This document shows positions 43,795 through 55,990 of a stretch of 64,000 bases of DNA, one piece after another. This DNA comes from Psilocybe cubensis (lineage: Eukaryota). A program made the translations under genes and the position numbers. Numbering within the stretch: the first letter of the stretch is position 1; every line of letters starts with the position of its first letter. The DNA is taken from positions 3,596,001 to 3,660,000 of the forward strand of contig CM038998.1 of NCBI GenBank assembly GCA_017499595.2. Direction: 5' to 3'. Under the pieces are notes generated by a model. That model did no database searches. It saw only the letters and a list, made by a program, of their open reading frames with translations, and was not told the DNA's origin.

Positions 43795-45539
43795 CAATAT
43801 AATGATTCAACTGTGGGGCAGAAGAATGAGGTATGGCCATTGATTCGACAGTCAGGGAAACTACATAAACCTATATCATGTCAGGATACTCAGAATACCA
43901 ACTGAACATAGTCCCACATTGAATGCCACAACACATTTCAGATATCGAATGACCCACATGACGATCTCTACTTTCAGCAACACCATTTTCACTCGTGTCA
44001 ACGCAAAAATTATTTGACCATCGCTGAAATTTTTTTCAAACAAATATATGCGCATGAGTCAAACCGGAGTTATCTTTCACATTGAACAAGCAAACTATCA
44101 GGCAAACGGCCAATGTACTTGAGTGTGGAGGAGCCAAGACAGAAGTATTTGGGAAGCGGAAAATGACGGAAAATGTACGCAAGCAGGGCATGTAAGTCGA
44201 TGAATTGGCAAGGTTTGTAGTGATGGTGCCAGAAATGGTTCCTTCAGAAACTTGATTGATACCTCTTCATAAAGATATCGACCCCGCCGACCCCTTGTAG
44301 ATGCTTCCCTGGAGATATTAATGCAATTTGTGTCAGGCTTGAAACAAAAATTACCTACCTCTGCTCCGCAGTAATCGTTACATGCTCCTCTTGCGAATCT
44401 ATTCGTTTGCTCAATTCCCTGTTGCCAAAGAGTCTTTCCTCTGTTAGTCATTGCAAGTGACATTGTATTGACTAGTTTGAATTCTGCATCCTAAACAAAC
44501 CATGTACTTAAAGAACCGGTTTGATGTGGCTCACTCGGGATATACTTCAAAACACTTCAAATTCAGCTTTAACATTGTTGTGCTGCGAACGCCAACTTCA
44601 TATCCGGATTTTTTTTCAAATCTGCCCCCGACGGCAGCACAACTTTTGCTTGGGTAGGGTGAATAACGCCAACTACAATATGGCTGAGCGGCCGGTAGTT
44701 TGAGTGTGATGTACATGTATTTCCGGCACTTTCTTGGTATATAGAGATTACCCCTTGCCCAACATGTTTTCTGGTCTGTAGATGAATTGTGCTTATAGCC
44801 TTGTATGCCGTGGACGATGACATTTGAGTTCCTTATTGCCATCTGAAGGTAGTTTCACAGAGTTTGAAGCAGGTGGCTCGCTTGGAGTCTTTGCGTCTTT
44901 CATTCATTCTAACGCATCTCCAAAAATCTCAATGTGAAGTGGATTTGGTATGTTGACCGTGTTGATTGACACCCAATGAATGCAGGCCCGCTCTGTGGCA
45001 AATCCCGATCGATTCATACATGCTGCAGCGAAGCACAACTTTGGTAGTGTAGTGATTTTCGGGTTTGTAAAGGCATTCAAATATATCAACGACTACAAAC
45101 GTTCACAATACCTGTACAATACCTACGCATTGTTGGTAATTGCCTGAAGATGGGCCTGTATCGCGCATGCTGGTACAGTTGATGAAGGTTGATGAGGGGA
45201 AATCATATTTTTCTCCTTTAGCGACATTAGCCCTCCGGGATGTGGTTTCCCTTGGCTGCTTTTGTACAAAATACCCATACGAGCGAGCTACAGACTATAA
45301 GCAACACGAGTATCGAACGAGCTGTTTACTACAGGTTTACTAATTTGTTGAGTCAGGACAGGTACTATATATGGGGATGATTACGTAGTCATCTATATAC
45401 CAGCACCTGCGAAGTGCAGCGGTACTACACCTTCATCTGCACCAGAACAGAACTCAACAATAATCCTCAAACGAGATCTAGCTTCATTCGTTAAACGACT
45501 TGACTTTACGGATCATAACATTCGTATCTCCCTTTACCA

Positions 45540-48096
45540 ATGTCAACTCTAGGGGCCTGGTTATGGGGGAGCTCCCAGCTTGATGATGCAATTGGTAAGT
45601 TCAAGTGTACTTGTGGACCCGACCGTCGTATAACCGATGTGCACCATCCAGACAAAGCAACTTCCGAACTCTTACCAGCAGGCGGAGAGGATATTGCACT
45701 CAACCTCGAGATATGTGATCAAATTCGCTCGAAATCCGTGCCAGCCAAGGATGCTATGCGCGCCCTGAAGCGGAGACTAAACCACAAGAACCCAAATGTG
45801 CAATTGCTGGCGCTAAGTGTAGGTTACATGCACAAACTTTCCCTCGTTCCACAGCTTATTGGCACATTTCAGTTGACAGATATCTGCATAAAGAATGGCG
45901 GGGATCTATTCTTGACTGAAGTCGCTTCAAGGGAGTTTATGGACAACCTCGTTTCCATCTTGAAGATGCCAGCGCTTAATCACGACGTTAAGGAGATGAT
46001 ACTGCGCCTTGTACAAAACTGGAGTGTCGCTTTTGAAGGAAAGCCCACTTTGAGCTACGTCGGTCAGGTGTATAAGACATTGACCAATGAAGGTGAGTTG
46101 TCAGTGCGTAACTCAGCTCTCAAGCTCATGACACTACATGATTTTCAGGGTATAAATTCCCCCCGAAGGATATGGCAGTCGCCAACTCTGCTATGGTCGA
46201 TACACAGACTGCTCCCGAATGGATTGACTCCGATCTGTGCCTTCGTTGTCGCACCCCTTTCAGCTTCACCAATCGTAAACATCACTGTAGAAACTGCGGT
46301 CAGGTTTTTGATCAAGCATGTTCCTCAAAGACTATGGCGTTACCTCATTTTGGTATTGCACAAGAAGTGAGAGTGTGCGACGGATGTCATTCCAAACTTA
46401 CGAAGAAGGCCGAACGAGCGTAGGTGATTCCTAGATTTCATTCTACGCAGATACTAAACACGTCCATAGCGACAAGGGACATCGCCACTCTACTAGCCTC
46501 CATGGCCATCGTCACAAGAGTGCACGTGAATTAGCAGATGCCGAGCTCCAAAGAGCTATTCAGCTTTCACTACAGGAAGTTCATGGTTCCAGTCATGCCG
46601 GTTATGCACCATCTCAACCCTCACCAACAAAATGGGGGTACTCAGAACCGCCTATCGTTGACCGAGGTACATACCCTGGCCGAAAGGCTGCTGTGGTTGA
46701 CGATGATGATGACCCCGATTTACGGGCAGCTATCGAGGCGAGCTTGCGAGAAGCCAATGCCCCAAAACCAAGTGCTCCAGTTGTCATCGAGACGCCGCGT
46801 TTAGAAGAACCATCTTATGCGGGGCCAGGCTATTCACAATCGTATCCTCCGTCAGTCAACCAGTCCACTCTTCCTCAAATTCCTAATTACGACCTCGAAC
46901 CTCTTGAAGCTGATGTAATTTTGACTTTTAATCAAACGGTGGAGCAAGTTCAAGCGCAAGGTGGTAGGGACCTGTCCAGATATCCAGCGGTATCGGAGCT
47001 TTACGAGAAAGCTAGTGGGTTAAGGCCGAAGCTGGCTCTTAGCTTAGATGACACGGGAAGGAAAGAACGTTAGTGATACAATGCATTGCTATTGGAATAA
47101 GGCTGACAAAATGTTATTTTAGAAATGCTTTCAGAAATGCACGAACAGCTCTCACAGGCGGTCAAGCTTTACGATCAGATTCTTTCACAGCAAGTAGCCC
47201 AGCCTCGTTGGCGAGCTCCAGCGGCGGCTTCGGTGAGCCCGACGCCATATCAGCAGCAAATGCAGCAATCCTACGGTTCAAACTATGCTGCTAACGGATA
47301 TGTTGCTCAGTGGGCACCGCAACAACAGCAGAGTCAACCGGAGCCTCGAAGGGAGCCATTGTCACCGACTATGTCTTTTTCCGCATCCTTGGTACAAGAA
47401 CCAAGATACGGCCTAACCTCTCGTCCGGAACTATCTCAACAACAGACGAGCCAACAGCATGAACAGGTACGGCAACAAACATCATACCAACCGCAGTACA
47501 CGACTGCGCCCTTATCAGCACCACCTCCGCCCCAAATATCTCCTGGTTCCGCCCCACCCTTGCATTCCACTCAATACACCCAACCGCAGCAGTATCAGCA
47601 GTATCCGGTCTCTATAAGCACTGCAGGTCAAACCTCAAGTCATGCAGGATTTGCTCAATCGCCTCCCACTACATCTTCTATATCATCCACACCGTCCGCC
47701 GTCCCACAATCACCTCCACCATCTCTCTATCAACAACCCACCCCTCAAGCTCCAGAATCTCAGTCTTCCTTCACTACGTCGTTGAACCGGCAAAACTCAG
47801 TCGCTTATGCACCAGCAGCCCTCAGCCCGCCTTCTAACATTACGAGAAGCAACACGGTAGCTTCCCAGGCGCCGACCCAATACCAGCGACAACAATATCA
47901 AACACCTGCACCCCCTCAACAACACCAGCACGCGTATCAGGTTTCATCCCCTCCCCCAGCCCCTGTTTCTCTAATGCAATTCCCCACTGCTCCGACGGAC
48001 GTACCACAGCCTGCATTCCCTGCCTATAATCCGTTAAAGCCTTCTGAATATGAACACAAGGAAGAGAGAAAGGAGGCACTATTGATTGACCTATAA
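45540..48096 (+). CDS. VPS27: ESCRT-0 subunit Vps27/Hrs
   Basis: VHS domain (ATSELL...ICDQIRSK...NPNVQLLAL), FYVE ([10 protein letters not shown]...RKHHCRNCG...RVCDGC), two UIMs ([24 protein letters not shown]), P/Q-rich tail, C-terminal clathrin box LLIDL. Confidence 0.96.
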
Positions 48097-48490
48097 TCTA
48101 TTCTTTGTAGTTTGCTTTGTTTGATATGTGATGTGTAATTTGAGGAGTAGTATAATCAACCAGACATTTGGTCTCACAACTCTTATGTTCATTGAGTGGG
48201 CTTGCTACTAGTGCATGTGGCTAATCCTGCTACTGATACTTATAATACTACTATGGGTGATCAGTTGTTTGGATTGGACACTAATTTGGATCTCATGATC
48301 CTGTAGTCTGTTCCTTATAAAAATTGTTGTTGTTGAATGAGTTGGTATTGATTAATAGTGGCTCTTACATGATGCTAGTATTATCTTCTATTGGTACATG
48401 TGGGTATGACCTAAATACTACATTAAGTATTTCAGACTCCATCCTCTTTTAATGTTATATCCTATGCATCTTTTTACTAGACATAGTATA

Positions 48491-48814
48491 TGTTAAAACT
48501 GCTCTCTATGTCTCCCTCACTTTGCTATCTTATCAGATTAGATTACTTTCTTCTTATCTTCATTTGCTCTCCAGACCATTCTAGACACATGATATTTATC
48601 AGTCCATAGACTGGTCTGGACCAGACCAGAGTAGACCTAGGTAGACCAGAGTACTTGAGTCTATACAGTATATAGTCATTCTAGTTTACATCCTGAAGTC
48701 CCCAGTTACTCACTTCGGACTTCAGACGCTTTGTGCTTGCTTATCCCTGCGCCCTACGTTCTATAACTAGGTCGCCGAGTAGCTCACACTGCCCCGAGCT
48801 CGCCTGCTTCAACA
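48491..48814 (+). repeat. 5' LTR of copia element
   Basis: TGTTAAAACT...CTTCAACA; 6 substitutions versus the 3' LTR. Confidence 0.96.
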
Positions 48815-48826
48815 GGTTATGGGCCC
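48815..48826 (+). other. Primer-binding site complementary to the anticodon stem-loop of initiator tRNA-Met (half-tRNA priming)
   Basis: GGTTATGGGCCC immediately after the 5' LTR is the reverse complement of GGGCCCAUAACC. Confidence 0.8.
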
Positions 48827-49217
48827 CGCGCTCTAAGCACTCCAATTCCGTGTTTTGCGAACCAAGTTGCTTTCTGCATAGTTTTCACAAAACGGTCATT
48901 TTAGTCTTTTTTGCTTTTTATCCTCTACCAGGCCCGGCCATACATTGCCGCTGCTAGTAGGGTTGAACGAGCACGCCTTACGCGACTTGTTAACCTTGGT
49001 TGAGCGGGCCCCCGTCGCCTAATCCCCGAGTTATTTCTAGTTAAAAGTAACCCTTTTAAATTAGGCTAGTTTAACTTCGTCTTTTCCACTTGCGTTCGCA
49101 TCGCACCCCGAGCTCCGGGTAACACCTAGTTCATTTCCACACATCATTACACATCCCCACACATTACTACCAACACTCGTATCCATCCGCTTACGCGTTC
49201 CTTTGCAATTCGCAATA

Positions 49218-52200
49218 ATGACTTCTGATCCCCAAATCACTCCATTGAACTCAACCAACTACAACACCTGAGCAGGCCAGATGACCGCCTATCTCCAGTC
49301 TAAAGGGATATGGCGCATTGTCAGCGGTGCTAGAGCACAGCCAACGCTCTCAGACAAGCCTACTGCTCAGGAGGAAGCTTTGCTTGAAACCTACTTTGAG
49401 CAGAGAGACAAAGCATGTGGTTTGATCTATCTCAGTTTGGAGAATGATCAGAGGGTTCATGTGGAAGCCATCAAGGATGATCCTATCAAGATGTGGGATG
49501 CCTTTGCTGCTGTACATTAGCAAAAGCGCCCTGGCAACCGCTTTAATGCATATGATGATCTGTTCTCCATCCAAAAGGAGGAAGGTGAAAACCTTCAAAC
49601 ACTGATCAATAGAATTGAGCAAGCCATGTTGCTAATTCAGCAGCTTGCCCTAAGGGGTTTGATCTGGCTAAGCTTGATGAAGAGCTTGCTTCGCTTGCTC
49701 TGGTCAGGGCACTCCCAGAAGAATACAGTTCATTTGCATCCTCACTTCTCCTTTTGGACAAGTTGGACAAGGCTACAATTCATCAAGCCTTTGTCACAGA
49801 GGACATACAGCGACGTTGCCGCGCTTCGGAGTTGCCTGCACTCGCCACCGCGTTCCAGACCGCTCTAGCCCCTTCTGCATCCAAGCCCAAGTGCGCATTT
49901 TGTGATATGACCAATCATGCAATGGACAAGTGTCACAAGTTCATTGCTGCGCAAAAGGATGCGAAAGAGCGTGTCAAAGCGGCTCGCAAAGGCAATAGAG
50001 CGCACAAGGCCTCAGAGGCATCCAGTGAGGAAAAAGAGTCCAAGGACATGGAATTTGCTGGAAATGCAAGTGCTCTTAATACCAATGTTCCCTCTTCCAT
50101 TTCACCCCAAACTAATGACGATTGGATTGCAGACACAGGGGCAACTTCTCATATGACGCCCCATCGCAATTGGGTTAGAAATTACACCCCTCTTCGCATT
50201 CCAATCCGATTAGCAGATGAACGAGTTATTTATTCTGCAGGGGTGGGCACTGTGTTCTTTGAACCAGTTGTAAATGGAATAAAGTCAAGAGGCGTCGAGT
50301 TAACTAGAGTTTTACATGTACCAGATCTCCGAAACAATCTACTGTCTGTTCTATACCTCACAAAGCACAAAGGCTTCAAAATCACTATTGATGCTAATCT
50401 GATGGAGTTTCATTGCAAAGGAGCTTGTCTCTTCTCTGCAGATGTTAGTACATCAAACTGCGCTTTATTGAACGGTTATACAGTTCCTATTTCGGAGTCT
50501 GCCTTCATTTCCTCCAATTCCACTCTACCCCTTGATATCAGTCTCTAGCATTGTCGCTTTGCTCATCATAGCTACACTGACATCCAGAAGATGATTAGAG
50601 AGGGTATGGTCACCGGACTCAAGCTGAATTCACAGCAACAGCCTGACCCCATTTGTGAACCTTGCCTTGCAGGCAAGATGCATTCCAACCCATTTCTTTC
50701 TTCACCCAGCATGTCAGATGTTCCGCTTGCGCTTATCTTCTCAGATCTGAAAGGTCCTATCTTGCCCCCTACTCCTGAAGGCTATTGCTACTGGATAACC
50801 TTTATTGATGACCATACAAAGAGTAGAGCTGCTGTGCTTCTTAAGCGCAAAAGCAATGCATTCAGTGCGTTTCAAATGTACAAAGCATGGGCTAAGAACA
50901 AATTAGGCTTTAAGATCAAAGCGCTGCAGGATGACAAAGCTGGTGAATACATGTCAAATGCTTTCATCAAATTCACTGAACAGTGTGGCATTGAGCGTCG
51001 TCATACAACGCGAAATCGCCCACAACAGAACGGAGTTGCAGAGCGTGCAAATCGCACCATGGCAGAACATGTTACTTCCATGCTCAATGAGGCTTGTGTA
51101 CCACCTTCGTTTTGGGGTCACTGTGTTGCAGCATACATGCATGTATGGAATCGTGTTCCTACAGCTCCTCTACCGGACAAGACTCCGTATGAAAGCTGGA
51201 ACAAGCGCAAACCTGATGTTAGTCATTTGAGGGTTTGGGGTTGCCTTGCATATGTTTATGTTCAGGGAGATAAGTGCAAATCGTTGCAGCCTCATATGGA
51301 AAAGTGTATCTTTGTTGGGTATCCTACTGGGTACAAGGGCTGGGAGTTTTACAACCCAGTCACCAAAAGCTTCATTATCTCTGAGAGAGCTGATTTTGAC
51401 GAAAGGTGCTCCCTGGGGTGTCCACTGGCCCTATGCCAAAGTTTGACCTTTTTTCCACTTCTTCTGCAAGTGCACCACCTTCTAATTCAGGGGGCACTTT
51501 ACTAGCTTCAATTTTGATGATGATGAGGATGACTCTACTCCAAGTCCTGTCATTGAGCCAGAAGTGCCTATTGCGCCTCTTGAACAGCCAGCTGAACCGC
51601 CACAGCCTGAGGCCATTCCTGCACCTCTTCCTAAGCCTGCACGCCGCCAGCGTGCTCCAGTTGATCCTGCAATGTTAAGATGCACTACTCACGTTCCTAA
51701 GCAGCCTGGTGAATGGTGAAAGGTCTCACATGATCCTGAACCACCTGAAGCCAATGATCCTGGATTTGAAGAGGTGGAGTTTGCTGGGCTTGTTTCAAGC
51801 GCAGATCCGCGCACATTCAAACAGGCAATGAAAGCGCCTGATGTGCACATGTGGGAAGAGGCTGCTAATACAGAATTCAATCTGTTACAGCACAATCAAA
51901 CTTGGGAGCGAGTTGAGCTCCCTCCGGGTCAAAAGGCAATTGGCTGTGGTTGGGTCTTTAAAATCAAGCGAAATGCAGATGGCAGTATAGAGCGCTACAA
52001 GGCTCGTATTGTTACCAAGGGCTACAGTCAGCGCCCTGGCATTGATTACCATGAGGTCTTTGCTCCTACTTTCCGCCCAGCTACTTTCCGCTTGATTGTG
52101 GCTCTGGCCGCCATTGGAGACTTGAAGTTGCGCTCTGTTGATATTACAGCTGCTTTCACTAAAGGTGACCTAGACGAGGAGATTTACATGTTACAACCTG

Positions 52201-53363
52201 AAGGATTTCACCAAGGTGGTCCTAACATGGTTTTGAAACTCAAAAAGTCGCTCTATGGTCTTAAGCAGTCTGCACGTCAATGGAACCTCAAGTTGCATGA
52301 GGCATTGTCAGATATGGGGTTCAAGTGTATAGAATCAGATCGCTCTGTCTACATCTATTCAGATGGAGATGTGAAGATTATTATTCCCATTTACATTGAT
52401 GACATTACCTTTGCCTCCAAATCGGATGCTGCCATAGATAGAGCTGTTAAGCAGCTAGCTGCGCGTTTTGAACTCCGTAATCTGGGTCCTACACAGTATT
52501 TACTTGGTGTTGCCATTGAGCGAGATATGGCTGCTAAAACCATTTCCTTGCATCAGCGTCAGTATATCCTCGATATGCTTGATACATATGGCATGACTGA
52601 TTCTAATCTGGTCAAAACACCTATGGCTGTGGGCACTGTTCTGTCCAAGGCAGATGGACCTCAGAATGGAGATAAGGTGGAATTTAAGCGAAATGTTCCC
52701 TACCTCAATGCAGTTGGCTCCTTGCAGTATCTAGCCACCATGACCCGTCCTGACATTGCTTTTACTGTGTCCTGTCTGGCACGCTTCAACTCCAATCCTG
52801 GGCCTAAGCATTGGGCTGCGGTTAAACATTTATTCCGCTACCTCAGAGGCACTCTGGATTACAAGTTGACTTATTCTGGCGCTGTGGGCCATGATAACTT
52901 TGTCACCTACACTGATGCTGCACATGGTGATTGTGTAGATACTGGACGCTCTACGAGTGGTTATTTGACCGTTCTAGCTGGAGGTGCTATTGGCTGGGCA
53001 AGCAAACTCCAAACTGTTGTAACTCTGTCTACTACTGAGGCAGAGTACATTGCTGCGGTGGAGGCAGCCAAGGAAATTGTGTGGATGCGCAATATCCTTG
53101 AGGAGTTTGGCTACACAGTCACTGAGCCCTCTGTGCTGCATATGGACAACCAGTCATCTATCAGTGTTTCCAAGAATCCAGAGCACCATGGACGGATGAA
53201 GCACCTTGATTTGCGCTATTATTGGCTTAGGGATGCTGTTGGTGTTGGAAAGATTTCTCCTTCTTATATTCCTACTGATCAGCAAGCTGCTGATATTCTT
53301 ACCAAACCCCTCTCACCTCCTAAAGTGGACTTTTGTAGAGATAAAATGGGTCTCAAACTTTAA
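49218..53363 (+). pseudogene. Copia gag-pol polyprotein with nonsense and frameshift lesions; RT-RNase H portion still open (51774-53363)
   Basis: LNSTNYNT*, zinc knuckle CAFCDMTNHAMDKC, protease WIADTGATSHM, integrase FSDLKGP/QDDKAGEY/NGVAER, RT KSLYGLKQ/IYIDDI, RH STTEAEY/KHLDLRYY/ADILTKPL. Stops at 49269, 49518, 50546 and 51717; frameshifts near 49647 and 51410. Confidence 0.92.
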
Positions 53364-53412
53364 TCTTTCTTTTTCTGTTTTGCTTTATTTTTCTTTGTTC
53401 TGGAGACTTGTC

Positions 53413-53426
53413 AGAACAGGGGGGAG
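53413..53426 (+). other. Polypurine tract of copia element
   Basis: AGAACAGGGGGGAG directly before the 3' LTR. Confidence 0.8.
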
Positions 53427-53750
53427 TGTTAAAACTGCTCTCTATGTCTCCCTCACTTTGCTATCTTATCAGATTAGATTACTTTCTTCTTATCTTCATT
53501 TGCTCTCCAGACCATTCTAGACACATGATATTTATCAGTCCATAGACTAGTCTGGACCAGACCAGAGTAGACCTAGGTAGACCAGAGTACTTGAGTCTAC
53601 ACAGTATATAGTCACTCTAGTTTACATCCTGAAGTCCCCAGTTACTCACTTTGGACTTCAGACGCTTTGTGCTCGCTTATCCCTGCGCCCTACGTTCTAT
53701 AACTAGGTTGCCGAGTAGCTCACACTGCCCCGAGCTCGCCTGCTTCAACA
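53427..53750 (+). repeat. 3' LTR of copia element
   Basis: 324-bp near-identical copy of 48491-48814. Confidence 0.96.
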
Positions 53751-54396
53751 GTATAGCCTTGTGACAGACAGAGTTCCAATAATCCCCATACTCCCTCATC
53801 ACCAAAAGCACAAAAAGCATGCCATGCCATGCTATTTTTGGAAACTTCCACAATAATAGGTTATTATTTGATGAACAATAGAATACAGATAATAGAATTG
53901 TGAACAGTTAACAACCCTGGAGGGTGCTATTCAAGGTGCACTTTTTGACCAAAATATTATATACTTAATGGTGTAATGCCTAGACTCTTAAGTCTAGGTT
54001 TAGAGTAGTAGCATTTTTTTAAAAAAGAAAATAGTTTGCCTCATTCAGTCTAGAGTGGTCTAGACTTTGATGCAATGTTGTTATTCAGCTTGTTGTGCAG
54101 GTAACCAATTCAATAATTTATTCTTAGGAAACAACTTTACTCTGGAGAACATTATATATGTACCTTGACCTCTTTTTATTAGTAAGTTAATAATTACCCT
54201 ATCAAGAGTGTGTCTGTACTCTTTATAGTCTGTATATATGTATGCTAGTATTAGTAGAACTTGTTTTGGTATAAAGTTCTCAAATAATTTGATATATTTT
54301 TAGTATTTAATACCTATTGATGTCAAAGACAAAAATATTGAAACAATGTTTTTTTCTAGCCTGTCTAGTTGTATTCCACAATTTTTGACATCTATA

Positions 54397-55725
54397 TACT
54401 TGGTGTGACAAAAAGTAACCGGGCACACATGACTAATTGTGTTGTGTTGTGGTGGTTTATAATTTGTAACTGTACCCATAACTCACTCGCAAACTTTTAT
54501 TTTACACTGAATCCATGTCTCCAAAGACCTCACGAGTCCAGCTTAATGAATCTATAAAAAAACCAATTTATTAGAGCAGTGTCTTGCGGCAATCAGTGCG
54601 TTCTGCTGCAAAGAAGTATAATATTTGCAAGTCTACAGCCCAAGATATCTGGACAAAGTGGAAAAAAACTGGATCTACTGAAAACCTTCCACGTACTAGC
54701 CGCCCAACAAAGACTACAGAACGCACAGAACGCTTTATCATTTGTGAGGCACTCAGAAACCACCAAAAACCATTCTGTGAGATTGCAAATAATGCATACT
54801 CTAGAATTAGCACTAGCACTGTTCAAAACATTCTTGCTCAAAAAGGATACCACTGTTGTATTGCAAAGAAGGTTCCATATCTTACATGGGCTCATAAATG
54901 GGTAAGATTAGCATGGGCACAAATTTGCAAGGCTTATACGCTCAGAATTTGAAAGAAGAAAATCTGGTCAGATAAGTGCTATATTTATCTCAGAAACAAT
55001 CGTGGAAGAATCTTTGTCATCTGTTGTCCTGGAGAGGAATTTTATGATGAATGTTGTATTCCAAAGTTTTCACAATCTTCTGTGCATGCTATGGTATGGG
55101 CATGCATTATGAAAGGGAGAAAAGAACCATTGGTTGTGTTGGAATATCCAAAAGGCAAAGGAGGAGGAATGAACTCAATATGGTACCAAAAACAGATTCT
55201 TGAAGGTGTTCTGAAGGATTTCTATCATCAAGTATCAAAGGAGGAGTCCGGAATTGAATTTCAATAGGACGGCGCAGCAAATCATCACAGCAAATCAACA
55301 ATGCAATGGTTCCATCAAAATCAAATCCCATTATTCTACCACCCACCATGTTCTCCAGATTTCAGCCCCATTGAGCCAGTCTGGCTTGAGCTCAAAAAGT
55401 GTTTACGGACCCTGCCACATCTCCCAACCACTGTTCCACAACTTATCCAGACTGTTAAAGACATCTGGGAGGAGTTACCGATTTCAGACATTGATAAACA
55501 TATTGATACTATGGATAAAAGAGTAAAGGCAGTTTTGCAGCAAAGGGCAGGCATACTTCATTTTAATTTGTACTACATACACATGGACTACAGTTTGTTT
55601 GTATATATCCATTTCTAAGCCTAATGTCTTGTTGTTCCACCACAATTCAAGAAAAGCAACACACCTCGAAGAAACGCAGGCGCACTAATCATGTGGTGCC
55701 CGGTCACTTTTTGTCACACCAAGTA
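54397..55725 (+). mobile_element. Tc1/mariner DNA transposon (DD34E) with short TIRs, degenerate
   Basis: TIR TACTTGGTGTGACAAAAAGT(A/G)ACCGGGCAC at both ends, flanked by TA; the exact TA boundary is ambiguous by 2 bp. Confidence 0.9.
54515..55570 (+). pseudogene. Tc1-like transposase pseudogene
   Basis: HTH region (VRSAAKKYNICKST), WSDK (for WSDE), MVWACI, FQ*DGA-34aa-SPDFSPIE; several stops and frameshifts. 3' end approximate. Confidence 0.85.
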
Positions 55726-55772
55726 TACTGCTTTGCAGTATTAATGGAATTTCTTATCTACTTTATATTTTA

Positions 55773-55990
55773 CACCACTGGCGCTCATACATATTTTTAA
55801 GAAAAATAAGACCTAGTAATTATGTTTCCTAAATTTTTTTGATATATTTTATTGGAATATAGGCTTCAGGCTTCCCTAATTAGGTAACCCTGGACTCTAT
55901 ATATGAGAAAAATATATTAAAAACCAACAGAAAACATAATAACCAAGATATATTTTTCTATCAAATATGTACATATCAGTGCCAGCAGTG
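55773..55990. mobile_element. Degenerate fold-back / MITE-like palindromic element (~220 bp)
   Basis: Left and right halves are imperfect reverse complements throughout, centred on CCTAATTAGG (55875-55884). Confidence 0.65.

Larger units (their letters stand above)
48491..53750 (+). mobile_element. Full-length Ty1/copia LTR retrotransposon (inactivated)
   Basis: TG...CA LTRs of 324 bp; 5-bp TSD GTATA at 48486-48490 and 53751-53755; PBS, PPT and gag-PR-IN-RT-RH order. Confidence 0.97.

Noticed and set aside
43900-45400. Short ORFs between the ABC gene and VPS27
   Set aside because: No recognisable domain or consistent exon chain.
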